Translations under genes and position numbers: made by a program
The notes under the pieces: model-generated
Told to the model about the DNA's origin: nothing
What the model saw: the letters and a program-made list of their open reading frames with translations, nothing else
Database searches by the model: none
Origin: Vicugna vicugna
Lineage: Eukaryota
Assembly (NCBI GenBank): GCA_013265495.1
Contig: MU058198.1
Location: forward strand, 1,252,419-1,316,418
Direction of reading: 5' to 3'
Length of the DNA stretch: 64,000 nucleotides
Shown: piece by piece, positions 60,701-64,000 of the stretch
Numbering within the stretch: the stretch's first letter is position 1
How the letters are laid out: each line of letters begins with the position of its first letter

Positions 60701-62669
60701 TTTTAACATTTATTAGTGGTTTAAACTTACCATTCTGAGCTTCAGTTTTCCTTATTAGTAAAACGGGAGTTTTAATGGTTACAACCTCTACAAATTGTTG
60801 GGAATATTAATGAGATGATACAGGAAAAGTGTGTGCAGTTTTCAGCCCTGAAACTGGAACACAGACAACACTCAGTAAGTGTTAGCAGTTGCTGTTATGC
60901 ACACAGCATGATAAGTGAGGTCACCCTCATGAACTCCTGCGACATATTTCTCTTCACCTGAGAATTGTGTCTTTGTGTCTCCACTCACTCCTCTGCTTTC
61001 CATCTCAGAGACAGACCTTCCCCTTCACCTCTCAAAGTCCAACTCCCTCCTGACAATTGATGTGGATTGTGTTCTTTCCCTGCCCTTCTGTTCGGAGACC
61101 CTTTCTATTAATCTTTAATCCATTAAACCTTCTCTCCTGTATTTTCAATCTCTCCCTTTTCATTAACTCCACTCCCTCAAGCCATAAACACATCCAAATT
61201 CCCCATCCTAAAAATACCTCCTCTTCACTCCGGTACACATTGGACCAACCCCATCTTTCCTCCCTTAATATCAAACTTCTCCATAGAACATTTTCAACGC
61301 ACCACAGCCACCTCCTCTTCACCCAGCTTACTCCTGAACACTGTCATCCTCCAAGGGTCTGCCATCAACCTCCCTTCCCTTCCAAACATTTCTTTCACTT
61401 CCATTTCTCCAGGAGGCACATCTGTTCAGGTGGCTCTCAAAACTGTACCCTGAGTCTACCAGACTAATTCTCCCATGTTTGTCTGCTGGTTGATTATGTC
61501 CGTCTGACCATCCCTCCAACACCTGAAACTGCACCTCTCATTTCTCATTCCCTGCCCCGATATTAATATTTGCCTCTCCATCATTTTCTGCTCACATCCT
61601 GTCAGCCCCAGAAGCATAAATCTGCAGGAACAACATGGACTCCACCTCTCCCCTCCCCCCACCAGGTCTAATTCTCCTTCCCCTTCAAGGGATCTTCCAA
61701 AAGGCTCAGTGTGTTTTAAGCTTGAATTATTTCGTAGTATTAATTCTACAGATCTACCAAAACCCCAGCATTTGAAAGTTTAATGATTCTGATTTATTTC
61801 CTACTTGTTATTTTTATGAATGTTTTGCAATAAACTTTTTTTAATTGAAGTACAGTCGGTTACAATGTGTCAGTTTCTGGTGTACAGCACAATGTCCCAG
61901 TCATGCTTATACATACATGCATTTGTTTTCATATTCTTTTTCATTAAAGGCCATTGCAAGATATTGAATATAGTTCCCTGTGCTATACAGAAGAAACTTG
62001 GTTTTTTTTTAAATCTATTTTTATATATATAGTGGCTAACATCTGCAGATCTCAAACTCCCAAATTTATCCTTTCCCACCCCTTTCCCCCGGTAACCGTA
62101 AGATTGTTTACTATGAATCTGTTTCTGTTTTATAGATGAGTGCATTAGTACCCTTTTTTATTTATTTTTTTTAGATTCCACATATGAGTAATATCATATG
62201 GTATTTTCCTTTCTCTTTCTGGCTTACTTTTAAACAATAATGTAACAAACTTTCAAATTTACTTGGTTTCAGTCCCTCTTATTGAAGATGGGAGATAGTG
62301 ACCGGTAAGAATGGTAAATTAAAAATTTACTATTTAGATTCACAAAACAAAACTTTCTCTCCATTTCTTCTCTGCCCACCCCCTCAACTTAGACTTTCTT
62401 GCTTCTCCCCTAACAGTACCTGACACATGCTGTGTACAAAATTCATGCTCAATTTAGGAACACTGAAGGAATTAACAAATGAATAAGTGGGCTCTCCTAG
62501 AGGGGAGATCAGAACTAAAGTGTTAATAATAGATTGATATTTTAAATTTTAACTGTAAAACTAAAATTTCTTCTCTTCTCACTTCCTAGACATTATTCAA
62601 ATACCCCATTACCTACTTCCTTGCTGCACCCTCTGTGTTTCGAATGATTCTGCAGCAGAATCCCACCAG
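45990..62669 (+). CDS. ACSM1: Acyl-CoA synthetase medium-chain family member 1, mitochondrial; 5' part only, join(45990..46181,53137..53347,57131..57338,58835..58975,59995..60154,62590..62669), continues beyond the window
   Basis: ccaccATG Kozak context; [24 protein letters not shown]..., [25 protein letters not shown] and LKTSDVFWC match recalled ACSM1; six exons in frame with GT-AG introns; exon sizes 192/211/208/141/160/80 parallel ACSM2. Confidence 0.94.
48706..48772. repeat. (TATC/TGTC)n microsatellite at a SINE tail
   Basis: Direct reading. Confidence 0.9.
48773..48909 (-). mobile_element. tRNA-derived SINE (camelid Vic-1 type)
   Basis: Minus strand ggggagggtatagctcaagtggtagagagcatgctagcatgcatgaggtcctgggttcaatccccagtatctcc (A and B boxes). 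Confidence 0.88.
49310..52606 (-). mobile_element. L1 remnants: 3' UTR/ORF2 pieces (49310-50510) and 5' end/ORF1 (50510-52606)
   Basis: ORF2-like [24 protein letters not shown]1-like [18 protein letters not shown]; 5' end caagatgtcagact on the minus strand; may be one or two elements. Confidence 0.75.
53137..53347 (+). CDS. ACSM1: ACSM1 coding exon 2
   Basis: aaccag|[18 protein letters not shown]...VAIGCIRTG; donor G|gtcagt; 211 nt. Confidence 0.95.
53816..55368 (+). mobile_element. 1.55-kb L1 derivative: 5' UTR + short inverted ORF2 piece + ORF2 end/3' UTR, with TSD
   Basis: 5' cttcaagatggcagaatag; inverted piece about 54598-54632 (CKTMKLEYS on the minus strand); [21 protein letters not shown] aata(g/t)agttacct at 53803-53815 and 55369-55381. 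Confidence 0.85.
56900..57045. mobile_element. MER5A (hAT-Charlie)
   Basis: gaatcacttggagatgtcgttaaaatacagattctgattcagtaggtttgggg...tgtggaccacactttgcatagcaag. Confidence 0.75.
57131..57338 (+). CDS. ACSM1: ACSM1 coding exon 3
   Basis: ccttag|[25 protein letters not shown]...[10 protein letters not shown]; donor AA|gtgagt; 208 nt. Confidence 0.95.
58835..58975 (+). CDS. ACSM1: ACSM1 coding exon 4 (P-loop)
   Basis: ttgcag|[52 protein letters not shown]; donor TG|gtagga; 141 nt. Confidence 0.94.
59995..60154 (+). CDS. ACSM1: ACSM1 coding exon 5 (tandem NAGNAG acceptor; alternative start 59998)
   Basis: ttag|[27 protein letters not shown]...FDPKDMIQ; donor CAG|gtaaga; 160 nt. Confidence 0.92.
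60366..60453 (-). pseudogene. 5S rRNA pseudogene, 3'-truncated (nt 1-88), tailless, with TSD
   Basis: Minus strand gtctatggccacaccaccctgaatgctcccgatcttgtctgatctctgaagctaagcagg...tacttggatggga; TSD aagaaa(at/gc)acatattcc at 60352-60368 and 60454-60470. Confidence 0.93.
61836..62229 (-). mobile_element. 5'-truncated L1 3' UTR (same family as 8966-9350)
   Basis: ttaattgaagtacagtcggttacaatg...gatattgaatatagttccctgtgctata...ctttctggcttactt. Confidence 0.85.
62590..62669 (+). CDS. ACSM1: ACSM1 coding exon 6
   Basis: tcctag|[32 protein letters not shown]; donor AG|gtatgg; 80 nt. Confidence 0.93.
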
Positions 62670-62753
62670 GTATGGTAGAAGTGGCTGTGGCTGATAACAA
62701 CAATCTTTGAGTAGGACTTTAAGGAATCTGACTGTTTTTAACTCTGGTTCTTT

Positions 62754-62758
<5 letters not shown>

Positions 62759-62796
<38 letters not shown>
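62759..62796. repeat. (GT)n microsatellite
   Basis: Direct reading; another (GT)n is at about 42918-42940. Confidence 0.92.
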
Positions 62797-62798
<2 letters not shown>

Positions 62799-62929
62799 AA
62801 CAGGGAGGGTGGGTAAATGTTGGTGGTGATAATTAGCAGCCATTCTAATTATTTCATTAAGCAGGGCTCAAAGAACCAAATGAAACACTCAGTGAGCCTT
62901 GTATCACTGTGGTTTTTTTCTTTTTGAAA

Positions 62930-63670
62930 CATTTTTGTTGTGAGATAAACATACAGAAAAATAGATAAGATATACATTTACAGATTAATGAATAGCTGAA
63001 AATAAACACCTATGTAAACACTCACCCAAGTCAACAAAATAGAACACTGTCAATGCCCCAGAGTCCTCCTCATGCCTCTCCATCTCCCCTAAAGGATTTC
63101 ACTATCTTGACTTTTACGGTGTTCATTTCCTTACTTTTCCTCATAGTTTACCTCCTAAGGAAATATCCTTAAGCAAATTACTCCATTTTATTTGCTTTTG
63201 AACTTTATGTAATCATACATTATTCTATAATATCTGGTTTCTTTTTTTCAACATGTTTCTAAGATATGTCTGTGTTGTTACATAATGCTGGAGTTAATTT
63301 TGATTGCTGTATAATATTTCATTTTATGAAAATACCATATTTTTAATCAGTTCTATCATTAATGGACATTTGGGTAGCTCTCAGTTCACGGCTACTGAAA
63401 ATTAATGCTGCATCGAATTCTTGCACATGTACCTAGATGCACAAGCACACATTTCTGTAGAGCTTTTCTGGCAGAGGAATTTCTAGGTCACACTGACATT
63501 GTACCTTACCACTCTATTTTCCAAAGTATTAAACCAATTTAGGCTCCTGCGGCGAGCAGGGTAGGAGGATTCCCACTGTTCCACATCCTTAGCAATATTT
63601 GTTGTTGTCAGAGTTTTTAGTTTTTGCCAATCTGACAGATGCATAGTAACTTTTTTTTTTGCATTTCCCC
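62930..63670 (-). mobile_element. Old L1 3' fragment (L1ME-like)
   Basis: aatggacatttgggtagctctcagttc...gttccacatccttagcaatatttgttgttgtcagag. Confidence 0.65.
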
Positions 63671-64000
63671 ATGTTTGTGGATTAATTTTTAATTAACCTC
63701 AAATCTGTTCTTTGAACTTTATGGTCATTTATCAGTCCTTTAGAGACTTTGCAATTGAAGTGACTACTTCAAAAACCAGAGATAACATGGTTTAGGCATA
63801 AGAGTTAAAATATCAAGGAGTTCAACAACTTATGAAGATTACTCAGAAATATACAGCTTGATTTATTCATGAGCCAGCAGTCTGGCTGGAGCATGTTTCC
63901 ATCTGCCTTTCAAAGCTCCTATTATAGCCACTTTCTGCAGCATTCTTGAGATGATGACCTTCATCCAAACCCAGTAAAAATCCAGCCAGGGCATAACTGT

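Overview
Mammalian genomic DNA, most likely a camelid (alpaca, llama or camel), judging from three tRNA-derived SINEs of the camelid Vic-1 type. The window holds two + strand medium-chain acyl-CoA synthetase genes in tandem. ACSM2 (ACSM2A/2B-like) is complete: 13 coding exons, 592..32235, 1737 nt, 578 aa, all introns GT-AG, no frameshift or internal stop. ACSM1 contributes its first six coding exons (45990..62669) and continues past the window. The rest is introns and intergenic DNA rich in transposons. These include a degraded env-less class I ERV with nested LTRs in the last ACSM2 intron, a young LTR element with a 6-bp TSD spanning a 130-N assembly gap, several L1s that keep both ends but lack the middle, a tailless 5S rRNA retropseudogene, and MIR, L2, MaLR, MER and Tigger fragments. 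The most unusual signal is upstream of ACSM1: two inverted copies of nearby downstream sequence (57 bp perfect; 160 bp with 7 mismatches). Each sits inside a short hairpin with a 4-nt loop and is bounded by 9-10 bp direct repeats, which suggests templated insertion during break repair at cruciform-prone sites. One copy duplicates an HNF4-like site; the other pair brackets the ACSM1 start-codon exon. Repeat family names and protein comparisons come from recall, not from a database search.
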